Below, in pieces: positions 1 through 12,314 of a stretch of DNA of 64,000 nucleotides. The stretch covers positions 1 through 64,000 of the IMG/VR virus record IMGVR_UViG_3300042396_000691; one strand, written 5' to 3'. Made by a program: the position numbers and the translations under genes. The notes below the pieces were generated by a model. It did not search any database and was not told the origin of the DNA. It saw nothing but the letters and a program-made list of their open reading frames with translations. The stretch's first letter is position 1. Each line of letters opens with the position of its first letter. Source of the DNA: a virus. Taxonomy: Duplodnaviria > Caudoviricetes.

Positions 1-149
1 CCTTCCTCAAGTGGCGTATGAATAGTGAGATTGATCTATTACAGTCTTTAAATGGGCTAAAAATAAGCTTTGAAAGAGAGTAGGGCGAGTATTTACAAAA
101 AGGGTGGTAGCAAATATTCTTAGGGGCAAAAATAATTCTAAAATTTTGC

Positions 150-176
150 TAAATAATAAGACATGACAAACGAATA
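150..176 (+). promoter_or_regulatory. Repeated promoter motif copy 1 (TAAA-N17-CGAATA)
   Basis: TAAA 150-153, CGAATA 171-176, upstream of RBS and ORF 225. Confidence 0.8.
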
Positions 177-735
177 ATACAGTATGGCAAGGAAAGATAA
201 CACTAACACAAAGGAGAATGAAAGATGTATGTAAAAGCAAAAACGACAGAGGAAAAGTTGATCGACTTGGTTAAGGAGCTTGCTGGACATTTAGAAGATG
301 TCTACATTCAACCTGACTTTGATGAGAATGACTATGGGCAAAAACTTTGCAATAGAGCAAGAAGGTTTGCAAATAAGTCTGATAAAAGAAGAAACGAAAT
401 CTATAGGCAACAAGGAGAGTAAACATGGGTGCTTATGTATACAAACTTGCTGGTAGAAGAAACTACCTAGAGTTAAACATAGAGGGCAAGCAAGAATTAG
501 TATTCGAGCTTGAATATTGGTGGAAGCCTAGTTGGGGATTTAAAGATGAGTATAAGCCCAAAAATTATAAGTCTGTAGTTAATAGGTTAAAGAAGCAATT
601 CAAAGATGAACCTGTTCGCTTCATTAGATTTGCTGATGGTTATTGTGTCTTCAGAGTTACACATGACGATTTTACAGATGTTATTGATGATGAATTGGGA
701 AATGCGTGTTATCCAGCAGTTGATCCAAATTTAAT

Positions 736-762
736 TAAATAATTTGTATGCTTACACGAATA
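736..762 (+). promoter_or_regulatory. Repeated promoter motif copy 2
   Basis: TAAA 736-739, N17, CGAATA 757-762, upstream of ORF 796. Confidence 0.8.
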
Positions 763-1962
763 AGTAAATAGACAATAGAACATTAACATAAGGAGATGAA
801 GATGTATAAAGTGAGATTCCATTTAGCAAAGGGCGAGAACTATATGAAGTGGCAGATTACTGGCGATGCTTCACCTAATAAGCCAAGTGGCAAGCCATTC
901 TATTGCGACCCCTCTACTGTGTGTATACAGATGATTAATGCCAAGTTGGTCAATCATGTGGCTACAGCTACAAAGATCAAATGTGGAGGTAATAAGACTG
1001 TTTGTGCATGGATTTTATGTGAGAACCTAGTTGTTTACAGAGATGATACTACTGGGGGGAGAGCAAACATTAACCATATAAATAAAGTTGTGACAAAAAC
1101 ACACATGAAGTTGTCATACAATCCTAGAGTTGCACCTAACTGGCAAGGACATAACTCTACAAACATGGACAAGGCCGAGAACTTAAATATCTTTTCTTCT
1201 GGCAGAGAACTGTTCTATACATCGTCTTCTATTAGCTGTAAGTCTTCAATTGAACCAATTTGTATTTAAGGAGAATTAAACATGATTACATTCACAAAAG
1301 AGTATAGCGGTATAAGCAATACATATAGGTATAAGATTACAACCTTGAAAAAGGATGGACTAACAAGAACCGATTGGGTAGACATGGAAGATGTCTATGT
1401 CAAGCTTGTAGGTATTGAATCATGCAAAGAAGAAAAAAGGCTTGAGAAAAGAAAACCAGAGTATAAATTCAATGATACATACCAGTATGTAATTACTTGC
1501 AAAAGCATATTTGTATATGTACAAGGTAGGAACGAGAAGGAAGATAATAAGATTGCGATCATTAAAAGATGCTTCCCGCATATTCCTTTTCTAAACGATG
1601 TTGATCCAAAGGATATAAAAAAAGCAAGTTACTGGGGCAATAGTGATCGAATCTATATACATGATGGAAAGTTTTATAATTGTAAATATGCAATTATGCA
1701 AAAATATATTCCATAACTAAGGAGGTTAAATGTTGTACGAATTTAGAAATCCAATGCCAGTAGAAACCAATCTTGGTTATGGCTTGCTTGTGTATGTTCG
1801 AGATGGTGGAGCATTTTCAAATGATGTGTTCGCCATAGTTTCTGAAGTAGATGGAAAGCTTCGCCATTTTCGTAGTGGTCAATTTAGGTTCTTGCCTAAT
1901 CCTACTTTTGACATTGAAAATTTAGACAATATGCAAGAAAAGAAAGAAATTTAAATTCTTGT

Positions 1963-1989
1963 TAAATAAAAGTGCTGGCCAAACGAATA
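1963..1989 (+). promoter_or_regulatory. Repeated promoter motif copy 3
   Basis: TAAA 1963-1966, N17, CGAATA 1984-1989, upstream of ORF 2018. Confidence 0.8.
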
Positions 1990-3183
1990 GATATGTATAC
2001 CAACAAGGAGGATTAAAATGAGTAAATTTGTAAGTGGCATTGATGTTGTTCGTGTTGATAGTGATAGCATAGCGGAAAAGTTTACCCTTAAAGAAAAATT
2101 GGGCAATGATAAGTGGACAGCGGAGAATTATAAGGGATTGCTCACAATTCTTGATCAAAAGAATATCTTTAAGATAAACTATGGAAAAATAAAGTTTGGT
2201 GACTACGCATACAATCCTTTTTCAGATTGCGTAATGTTAATTGATACTGAGGATGATCTTCCTTATGTGAATGATAACTATTACAAAGTTCAAAATTACA
2301 AGGAGAACAAACATTAAAGTCATAACACTTAACGAGTGCTTGCAGTACATGGAATCAATTGGGTATAGGCTAGATGCAAGAGGACTTGGCGTTTTTATCT
2401 TTCGGCAAGAAAATAGAGAACTAACCTTAACATTGAGTGAACTAAGAGCAAAATTTAACAAGGAGAATAATCATGAACGATCAATTTAAAGAAAAACTTA
2501 AAGGTATGATTCAGACTTTGCACGATTCATGCACAGAGGTCAAGTATGAATCTTGGGAACCATCTAAAGAAGGCTTTTCTGCTATGGTTAAAAATTTGCA
2601 AGAGATAGTCACATTACTTGGAAAAACATATATCCATATGTATATGTTAAACTTGAGAATTAAAGCACTTGAACAAGAATTTGCGTTTTCCAAATGCGAA
2701 GGAGTAGAAACAAATGAATGATTCAATTGTAAATGTACAGCTAACACCAGATGAGATATCCATGATAGCTAATAGCTTAAGCTATGAACTTAGTGTTCTT
2801 GGCAACAAAGGTATAGACCCTCCGTACAAAAAAGAATTAAAAAAGCTTTATGAAAGATTAAGCACTCTTGAGGATGAAATCTAATGATTGAAATCAAACA
2901 GGTAGGAAACCAATGGAGAATCAAAAGGGAAGAAGTGGGCAAAGGTTATGCTTATAGGGATATAGATAAAGTATATCTACATATACTTAGAGGCAGAATG
3001 AATGAGCATGGCGTTATCAATTGTGCTGATCTGTATATCTATGTGGATGGACATAACCCTGTTGATGATAAGCACATACGGAGTTTTAAGACTGGTGCTA
3101 CTTATATGAACATAGCTGCTCCAAACAATGAACTCTACTACAGTATGTATACAATCAAAGATCAAGTTTTTGGAAATAATTAC

Positions 3184-3210
3184 TAAATAATTTTAGGTGT
3201 GAAACGAATA
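3184..3210 (+). promoter_or_regulatory. Repeated promoter motif copy 4
   Basis: TAAA 3184-3187, N17, CGAATA 3205-3210. Confidence 0.8.
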
Positions 3211-3233
3211 CTAAGTTAAGGGAAACGGCTTTG

Positions 3234-3262
3234 CGTGAACTAAGGGCGTTCCTTAGTTCACG
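3234..3262 (+). repeat. Perfect 12-bp inverted repeat (leader hairpin)
   Basis: CGTGAACTAAGG-gcgtt-CCTTAGTTCACG between promoter copy 4 and the RBS/ATG at 3288. Confidence 0.75.
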
Positions 3263-3741
3263 ATGCTGGACTAACAAGGAGATTACTATGAGCAACAGTA
3301 AGTTTACAAGAGATGAAAAAACCAGTTTGTTAATGGCGTGGGATATCGTTGCCTTGCGTGAAGATTTAAAGGCGAATGACTATCAAATGATTTGTGGCAT
3401 ATTAAGAGGCGATGGGTATCAAGCATATGACCTCATGACAGAAAAAGATTTTGATAATGAGTTTTATGAAAAATATGATGAACAAATTAAACATTCTACA
3501 AAAATTCTTCAGTTAGCCCATGTGTTGAATGGTGAACCAATTAATTTACTAAAAGTTTAACAAGGAGAGCAAAATGAGATTATCACTTAAATATGAACAG
3601 AAGTTAGAAAAAGATAAGTTCCTTGCTGTATTAGACATTGGCGTTATATCTACAGAGATATGCAGACTTAAGAATCTGCTTAGATCGATTGGCGTTAGTG
3701 CAGAAGATAAGAGTCTTGAAAAATTAAGATTGTGGAAAGAC

Positions 3742-3768
3742 TAAATAAAAATGTGTGTGAGGCGAATA
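3742..3768 (+). promoter_or_regulatory. Repeated promoter motif copy 5
   Basis: TAAA 3742-3745, N17, CGAATA 3763-3768. Confidence 0.8.
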
Positions 3769-5190
3769 AGTAAATAGGGATAACAACATTAAACAAGGAG
3801 AGTAACATGGCAGACAATCAGAATAAAACAGTACCAGTATCATTATCAATATGGCAATTAAAAATATTGCTTGAAGCTACCAACTACTTTTTGGATGCAC
3901 TTGAGGATGACGAAGAAACACAGTTTGTGGCAGATAAGTATGATGTTGCAGAAATAAATAAACTTTTAGAAAGGCTGGTGGCAAATGATTAAGAAAAAGT
4001 TTTGTGCGAATAATCATGAAATTATAAAACTTGGAGATGAAATTTACAAGCTCATCAAGAATCATGGTTATGATTTCCAAGACAGCATCGTATCGCTGGA
4101 ACGACTCAACGATTTTGTTGAAGGTATAGTTAATGACGAAAAAAATAAGGAGAATACAGATGACAGATAAAGATAAAGAAAAACTTGAAGAGTGGCAAGC
4201 AGATGTAACTGATCTTGAGCATTATCCAAATCAAATGACATTACATCTTATGAGTGTTGGAAGTTGTGAAACAATTGAAGATTACTTTTTTAATATTAAA
4301 GAAGTATTGAATGAATGCGAAGAACTTACAAAGGAATTGAAAAAAATACTTAAGAAAGATAAAGGAGTATAACAATGATTAAAGACGATACAAAATATGA
4401 TTGGAAGTTTTGTTTTAGTGATGGTGGAAATGGTCATAGCCTATGGCTTGATAGAAACACCAATAGATACACAATTAAAGATCAATCTGGCGATAAACCG
4501 CATTTAACAGATGATGGCGTTCTTTGGATAAGTAATGGATTTGTAAATGTTCATATTTATAACGATAAGCTAGGTACTGATTTTAAAGTAGAAAAACCAA
4601 GAGATGGAAGCACAAAGGGTAGTTGCTATTGTGTTTTTGATTTTGGTATTCGTGTAGCTAAAGAGCTTGGTATGGAACTTACATTTAGTGGCGAACTTAA
4701 GAAACTCGAACCTCTGTTTTGTCTTACCAGTAGTAAAGGAGTTAGCAATGAACTTAACCGATAGACAGCGTGAAATTATAAGGGTAGTCCTTAGTTATTG
4801 CTTGGCTAACTATGACGAGCTTAATGAGTGCTTATATCCAGATGAAACCGAAATTTTGAATGAAATACAATACTCTGAAATTTCAGACATATTATTAAAC
4901 ATAAGGAGATAGCATGAAAAAAGAACAAAAGTCTTATATCTATACTGTCTGGCCTAATAGTGGTAATGCCGTAACTCTATGGTTATACTCTAAGGCATCA
5001 AAAAGAGTTGACAATACAACAAATGTATACCTACAAGGGGATGATGCAGCTTTATTTCTTAAGGAAGTAAAAGAGACTGAAGATGTTTGGGAAAACAGTA
5101 CAGATATGACCAAAGATATCTTAAAGCGTAATTTCGAGAGCATAGAAGGTCATGTTTCTTATATAATTTCGCAATATTTCTAAATTTGAT

Positions 5191-5217
5191 TGAATAATTT
5201 GGCAGATGAAACGAATA
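5191..5217 (+). promoter_or_regulatory. Repeated promoter motif copy 6 (TGAA variant)
   Basis: TGAA 5191-5194, N17, CGAATA 5212-5217, upstream of ORF 5268. Confidence 0.7.
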
Positions 5218-6962
5218 AGTAAGTATGGAGATTTAAAACAAAATGTTAAATATACAAGGAGAGTGAAATGATAGAAGAACATGAACAAGAATATAGTGAA
5301 CAGTATGAAGATGGTTTTAAAACAGTATTAAAATTCTTTTCTGCTGAAAATGAAAAACAATGCGAAAGAATTTTATACAAGTACACAAATTGTGGTGCTT
5401 GGATTGAATTTAAGGACTGGGGCATTAGACTTGGTTCTATTGTAGAAGGTTCAGACGAAGGAACTGATGTCTTTGAACTTAAGTATGACAAAGACTTCTC
5501 AGAAGAAACTATTCAAAAAGCAATAGATGAGATTGAAGAACAAGCAGATTCAATCTGGAAGTATGCAAACGAAATTGGTGAAGATGGACAGACAGATGAA
5601 GAAAATGGGCTTGATTTCCCAACTTTATAAGGAGAATAACATGGATCGCAGACGATGGACTCACAAAATTACAAGGATTAGTAAGTATGGCTGGATGGAT
5701 GGCAAATGGTTACAAACTCCATCATGGACAGGCACTCTTGATGAGTGCATAAATAAGGCTCGCAAGATGGCAGACGATCTCAATGCTAATGGTGAAGTCT
5801 TTACCATTAAAGTTTTGCCAAGAAAAAAAGGTGAAGCTGTACTGAAAATACACAGTATAAACACCAAAGAGAGAGAACCAAGAATAATGAATCAACATGA
5901 ACAAGACCACTACATTTAAGGAGAATAACATGATTAAAACTAGAGATAAATTATTGGCAGATGTAAAGAAGTTTGTATCTAAGTACTGTGATACTGCTGT
6001 ATATACCGCAGAGGAATGGCAAAAGAAAGAAAGTCAATGTCATTTCGGTGAGGTTGTATTTGTCGCAGAGGGTGAGCTTTATTACGCTCTAAATGGTCAG
6101 CATGGGCGAAAAGAAAAGGATGCGATCATTAAGATAGCTAGGAAACACCAATGCTATATCGAAAAGGGTTTCGGTTGGTCGTGGCACTTTTGTAGTGTAG
6201 AGGGATTATAAAATGGATTACACACATAAGATATCTAATCTTGGCGATGGCTATCCATATGAAGGTGAGATCATCATAGATAATGAAAAGAATATTTTGA
6301 GATGTATTAGCGTATCAAATATTCACTTGGAGCGATGGGAAAGGAACTGGGTATATGCTCTTTGCGAACCAGTAACTTTGCCTTTGAATAGAAAAGCTAT
6401 TGAAAAACTTTACGATGTAAGGAGTATTAAATGCTTAAAAAATTAAAAAGGATTGGGCGAGGTCAGAATCGTTATTCTGTTTATGACAATGAAGGTATAA
6501 AAAAACAAAACTATTATGTTTTAGCAAATAGCCATAGTGCTGCTGATTATAAAGTTAAGCAACAATTCGGTGAATATGCTAAAGCTGGTTGGGAAATAAG
6601 CACAAAAGATTGGGAATGGATGACAGAAGACCAAGAAATTATTGTGCAACCATCTAAAGTTAAACAGTTATTTGCATCTTCTATTCTATTATCTATAGCA
6701 ATGGTCGTATCTGCTGGTTTATACAATGTATTTTTTAAATAGGAGTTTAATCATGGCAAGAGTAAAAATGGTTTTAGAACTAGACTTTGAGGTAATACAA
6801 AAGACTAAGGCGAGCATTTTAAATCTTGCTATGAGTCTTAGTGAGGGCGAGAGAGAACCATTAAGTGTAGTAATGAACATACTAGATTCAATACAAGATC
6901 AAGCAATTGATAACACAGGCAACAATTACACAGTTAAACAGGTATACGGATCATAGTTCTAT

Positions 6963-7036
6963 GGAATCGTAGCTCAATCTGGCAGAGCAATTTGCTCATA
7001 ACAAATCGGTTGCTGGTTCAAATCCAGCCGATTCCA
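6963..7036 (+). tRNA. tRNA with CAU anticodon (elongator Met or lysidine-modified Ile2), CCA not encoded
   Basis: Acceptor stem GGAATCG/CGATTCC, D stem GCTC/GAGC, anticodon arm ATTTG-CTCATAA-CAAAT, T arm GCTGG-TTCAAAT-CCAGC, discriminator A. The G1-C72 pair and the lack of three G-C anticodon-stem pairs argue against initiator tRNA. Confidence 0.93.
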
Positions 7037-7037
7037 C

Positions 7038-7064
7038 TAAATTAATCAACCTGTCATGCGAATA
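7038..7064 (+). promoter_or_regulatory. Repeated promoter motif copy 7
   Basis: TAAA 7038-7041, N17, CGAATA 7059-7064, immediately after the tRNA. Confidence 0.75.
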
Positions 7065-8621
7065 AGTATATGTAAGGATGGCAGAGATATGGATAAGCTT
7101 TAGTCTTATATTAAAGGCACACTACAGTAAGGAGAAAAAATGATTGATGAAAAAGACATTGAGAATTTTGTAAAGTTAAACAGATGGGATCTTGCTCATC
7201 TTGCCATTAAACATAATGAAACTGAATTAGATAAGCTGCGTGAAGAAGTAAAGATGCTGCGTGAACAATTAAAATTACTTAAGGAGATCAAATGAACAAA
7301 GATGCAATGACTTTTATTCTAATATGTTCTTGTGTAATTGGTTTTATTAAAGGTATATTTCCAAGTAGAGGTGACTAATGACAAAATATAAAGAGAATGA
7401 TGTGGTTGTTTGCAAAACAGCAGAGAATAACTTTGCGATTTACACCTTGGTCAGACCTTGGAAAGTTTATAAAAAATGGCTAGCTGTTGGAGCAGATAAG
7501 AATATTTATCGGGTACATGAAGATGATATTATGGATAAAGATGATCGAGACAATGTTTTAGAGCTAACTAGTTATATTAAAGCATTATCCGAATATTTAT
7601 TTACAAGTAAAGTTTATTAAAGGAGAACAATCATGACTAATGTATATCTACATCTTGAACAGATTGAAATATTAATTGAGTCTACCACAGTATTACTTAA
7701 GCAAAAACACAATGATAGTCTTCATTTTAAAGACTTTGAGAACACCAGAAAGTCTATAGAAGAAATTAATACTGTGCGAGATATATTGTTTGCAGCAGAA
7801 GAAAGAGAAAGGAGCAGAAACTAATGAAGTACAATATTTTAGCAAATGGTGAGCTAATAGCTACAATGCGTGGAGATTTTAAGGATGCAAAATCCCCAAT
7901 TCTTCTAGACGATGAAAGCACACCTTACCAAGTAGGCGATTTTAGCCACAGACCAAAAGTTGCTGCCGAGGCTATTCTGCTATGGGAAAGCTCAGTTAAG
8001 GGATCTCGCAGGGTATCTATACTCACAGATGATGAGGGCGAGCGATTTGTACTGGCCGATATTAGTATAGTTGAGGGTGTATAAGATAGGGATTTAAACT
8101 TTTTAAAGGAGATATAAAATGACATCAATAGAAGATAAACCTGTTAAAGCTGGAAGAAAAGTAGTTGCAGATAGCGTAATACTTTATAACCTATACAATA
8201 TTGTAGATCGTGTAGAAAATACTATAAAAGAATCAGTTATTAATGTTTACGCAGATAGATATCGTGTAAACATCTGGCAGGGAACGAACAACCCATTCTT
8301 GCCAAAAGCTGGAACTATAGCTGCAAGCTACTTTATATCTGTTGATTCAAGCGGTAAAATAAAGATGTTCAACAACTAGAAAGTAATCAGATGAAAATAG
8401 ATGAAGCAATTGCTATGCTTAATCAAGCAAAGGATAGCGGATCAAAAGATGTTATCTTTGCTTTTTGGGAAGCAAAAGAATTTAGTAGAAAAGCAAAGAA
8501 AACATTTACTAATAATCTTGTTTGGTCAAACATAGCTGATTACATACACGACAACATGGACTGGCAGTTTATACATAATGAACTACAAAAAATGATAGAT
8601 AAAATAAAAGTTAAAAATGAG

Positions 8622-8648
8622 TAAATATTTTCATGTGACAAACGAATA
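8622..8648 (+). promoter_or_regulatory. Repeated promoter motif copy 8
   Basis: TAAA 8622-8625, N17, CGAATA 8643-8648. Confidence 0.8.
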
Positions 8649-9936
8649 AGCAAATAGAGAGGGGATGAGATGGAGTTTTGGGAAGAAGAAGTAGCTGATC
8701 ATATCTGTTATATAACAGGTATTACTAAGCAGACTGCTTTTGCAATAATAATGTCAAATAGTTTTATATTTATGCAAGGATGGGCAATGGGCGAATCAGC
8801 ATTAAATATAGCTAACAGGATTTTAAAGGAGTATGTCGATGAAAAAATTAGAAAGTCAAAAACAATTGTTTGAAGATGTTTTTGCAGTAGAGCATATCCA
8901 TTCAAGCAAAAAGAAATTGGTTATTCGTACTGATGTGTTTGAAGATGGCATTATCGTGCAGAAGGTATCTGCTAATTGCACAATGCTTTATATCAACGAT
9001 CTTGATTATATGGCTAAGGGAGATGTTCTTGATGGGAGCATTCAGATAATATTTTTCCCAATATCACACAAAGAATTAAATAAAAGATTTAAATTGCTTG
9101 CGGAATGTATTTCAAAAAAGGAGGAACTATGTGGTACGAAGACAGAGAAAATCTAGTGGCTCTAGCAAATTACCTTAAGGATGATGGAGAGTGGCGAAAT
9201 TCTAGCACTAAGGAGCATAAGGATGATCCTGTGGGGCGAATGATCTACTTTCTATCTAAGCCTTGGAAGTGGCAAGAAGAGTGGGAAATGTTTCAGAAAA
9301 CTAAAGAACTTACTAGGAGTAATTAAATATGAGCCAGCAAATTGAACAGCTAACTAAAGAAGAAGATTTCCCAATACACATTAGGGAAACACAAATTTAT
9401 CATCACTATTCAAAAGACTCTAGGCTTTTAGGTTTAGTTCTTAAGATGGATGCAAAAATGAAGTCTTCGTTGAACACTAAGGCAAACTACTTAGTTTGGA
9501 ACAATGATCAATTTTTAGGACAGTTCTTTACCAATAAAGAAATTGTCGCACAATTAAACTCACAAGGAGCATAGCATGAAAAACAGAAGGATTAGTATTA
9601 CATCAAGCATTATCGAAGGTATTGAAAGAATGGTGCATAGTAATTGCATCAATGAAAGTTATGCTGAATTTATTTTGGATTGGATTCAAAATATTAAAAG
9701 ATTTCCAAAGCAAAAATATTTAGATATTCCAAAAGGGTTACGCTTAAAATTAGACATTCTTAATATTCAATACATTGATAAGAATGAAGAAAAAAATGGT
9801 CTTGTATATCATAAAAGTGTTTTAGATGCATTTATGTATATAACTAAAGTTAATGAAAGATATGGGAAAGTAGCTCCAGTTGCTGCTGAAGTTGAACAGG
9901 AATAAGTTCGTCTTTTCTAAACTAGGAGGGTTTGTG

Positions 9937-10095
9937 ATGACGATGAGGATTTTAATATGCTTTGCTTCTATCTGTGCGTTTGGGTGCGGAACAATAGAGC
10001 ATAGTGTCTCTACTAGCATTAGTCCATATGACAGTAGAGAAATAGAGAAGGTAAATGTAAGTTTTAAACATTGTTATGTTTTTCCAACAAGGTGA
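9937..10095 (+). CDS. Small putative lipoprotein
   Basis: RBS GGAGG before ATG 9937. MTMRILICFASICAFG-C has a hydrophobic stretch and a lipobox-like AFGC. Confidence 0.45.
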   Translation: MTMRILICFASICAFGCGTIEHSVSTSISPYDSREIEKVNVSFKHCYVFPTR

Positions 10096-10575
10096 TTTAT
10101 GCCAATAGAAAAAAATAAGTTTATCTCTAGCGATACTGGATTGATATATTCAATGTCTAAACCTAAATGGAAAAAGTATTTAAAACTAATGCTTGCCCAT
10201 AAGTTGTCTTTGTTAAAGAAAAAACAATTACCAAGGCCAGAAATAAAAAAGGAGGACATTAAATTAATTGCGTATAATGTATTTGATATTGATAAATTGA
10301 TGCTGGATGACTGTATAGATACTGTGAAATCAGAACTTTTAAAACTAGGAAAATAAAATGAAAATGTATTTAGTTAATGGTTACAAAGATGCTACTATCA
10401 GAGCAGGATTTTTAGAAAAAGAGTGGACTAGTAAATCTGGAAAGAAGCTAGTAACACTTAAAATACTTGATCACTACAAGGAACATTCAACAGTTTTTAG
10501 GACATATCATCGTGATAAGTTATCTGTAATGAAAGTTCTTGATGTTGATGATGATTTATTAGCAAAGGAGAAGAA

Positions 10576-10848
10576 ATGAGCAATTTAAGCGGATGGAAAC
10601 AAAACAGAAGCATTACACCAGAAGAGTTTGTAAAAGCTTTTACCGAAAATGATACCTATGAGGCAATTGCAACAAAGCTAAACATTAGCGTATCAGCAGT
10701 AAGGAACAGGGCTTATGCTTTAAAACGATCTGGTGTTAACTTAAATACTAGCAAGAAGAAAGCCAGCGGTTCTTTTTTTGGCTCAAAAAAACTTGATGAA
10801 AAAAATGTTTTAGAGCTAAATAAAATCATCGATGACTCGAATAAGTAA
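10576..10848 (+). CDS. Helix-turn-helix DNA-binding protein
   Basis: TYEAIATKLNISVSAVRNRAYALKRSGV HTH pattern. Confidence 0.7.
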   Translation: MSNLSGWKQNRSITPEEFVKAFTENDTYEAIATKLNISVSAVRNRAYALKRSGVNLNTSKKKASGSFFGSKKLDEKNVLELNKIIDDSNK

Positions 10849-10862
10849 TTGTAATAATTGTA

Positions 10863-10882
10863 TGGGGCTAGAAATAGCCCCA
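10863..10882 (+). other. GC-rich stem-loop with GAAA tetraloop
   Basis: TGGGGCTA-GAAA-TAGCCCCA, intergenic, with no U-tract downstream on +. Confidence 0.55.
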
Positions 10883-11158
10883 AAATACCAAGGAGGAAAA
10901 AATGGACTTCAAAAAAATTGCAAAAAAGAATGTTAAAGATTTTATTCAATCTGTAGATCAGTTCCATTCGTGTGCGGATAATTTATTGCACCTCTTGAAA
11001 AGTGTAAGGTCATCGTTAAAAAATAATGAGACATGTTTTAATATTATGGAAGTACAATCTAATGTTGAAACATTAAATACCTTTATGGTTAACATGAATA
11101 GATTTTATGATAGAGTTGAATTTATTGAAGAACTAGAATTCGAAAAGGCGTTTCAAAA

Positions 11159-11791
11159 ATGACTTTTAGATATCAAAGTTTTATCAGCTTTATAGCTTAT
11201 GAAAACATAGAGCCTCTTGCACAATTAAAGTTAAAATATTCTGCTAACTACGAAGATAGTCCAATAATGGCAAACTATGAAAATAAAGTAGAATATTTTT
11301 ATGCGAGACAAATATATTCTGACAATGAAAATTTTGATATGGAAGAATATATTCTTTCTTTGCCAATTGTAAATATTGAAAACTCAAATGAATGCAACAA
11401 TATTATTCAAATATGTTTAAATAGAAAAATAGGTCAACTTGAAAACTATTTGAGAAACCAAGCATTCATGCAAGAAGTTTTTTCAGTTTTACCAACAAGC
11501 ACAACAACCAGTACAACAACTGTTACAAGTACAACTGTTACAACAACACCATGTCCAACAGGTGTACCAAGTAGAATATATTATATAAACGCAACAAATG
11601 TTTGTGCAATTTGTGTAGCAACAAATGAATTTGTATGCAGTCCATATGAAAATTACAATTATGTAAATTGTTTAAATTCAGCAAACAGTATCAATCAAGG
11701 AAACACAGATTGTACAACAACAACAACAACAAGTACAACCACTACAACACTAGCACCAACATCGACTACACCTATAGGGCCACAGGGTTAA
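11159..11791 (+). CDS. Thr-rich (mucin-like) repeat protein with Cys-rich module
   Basis: Two poly-Thr tracts flanking a Cys-containing segment (CPTG...CAIC...C...C...C). Confidence 0.7.
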   Translation: MTFRYQSFISFIAYENIEPLAQLKLKYSANYEDSPIMANYENKVEYFYARQIYSDNENFDMEEYILSLPIVNIENSNECNNIIQICLNRKIGQLENYLRNQAFMQEVFSVLPTSTTTSTTTVTSTTVTTTPCPTGVPSRIYYINATNVCAICVATNEFVCSPYENYNYVNCLNSANSINQGNTDCTTTTTTSTTTTTLAPTSTTPIGPQG

Positions 11792-12259
11792 CTATTGTTT
11801 AGCCATATATTCTTTATGTCTTTTTTCAAATTCAATTATTTTGTCCTTTGGTCCAACATATGTAAATTCTTCTTTTTTATAATGTCTTACGAGGGCTAAA
11901 ACATGCTTTGACAAAAGATTTAAAACTTTTTGTGCATCACTACTAAGTAGAGCATCTGGCCAAACTTCTTGACCCATTAACATCGATAGTCCAAGATCAT
12001 TATTCTCGGCAGTAACAGGATAAAACATAAGACCAAGATTATTTGGCCTTATTTCTTCTCCACCAGGAATTAAGTTTAAGATATATGCACATGACCAATC
12101 TCTACAAATGCTTGGCCTAGTGTCATAAACTCCACAACCACCATGATCTGCTCTATCTTTGCAATTACAAAAGGCTGGCTTGTTAAGCTCTCGAACCTCT
12201 AATATGTTGCAACACACATCACAATTGCCACATGTTTTTTCTACTTGTTTAAGTTCCAT
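11792..12259 (-). CDS. YkgJ-family cysteine-cluster (Fe-S/Zn) protein
   Basis: CGNCDVCC...CNC...CGVYDTRPSICRDWSC. Confidence 0.75.
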   Translation of the reverse strand: MELKQVEKTCGNCDVCCNILEVRELNKPAFCNCKDRADHGGCGVYDTRPSICRDWSCAYILNLIPGGEEIRPNNLGLMFYPVTAENNDLGLSMLMGQEVWPDALLSSDAQKVLNLLSKHVLALVRHYKKEEFTYVGPKDKIIEFEKRHKEYMAKQ

Positions 12260-12314
12260 AATTAACCTTGTTTGAATTTGTTTAAAAGTATAATATATAT
12301 AAAAGGAGATAAAT

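Larger units (their letters stand above)
225..11162 (+). other. Array of roughly 45 short hypothetical phage genes (putative early/host-takeover region)
   Basis: Tightly packed ORFs, mostly 50-160 aa, on +, most preceded by AAGGAG(A), with overlapping stop/start codons. Includes ORFs under 60 aa not in the track (2714-2884, 3574-3744, 7140-7295). Confidence 0.85.
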
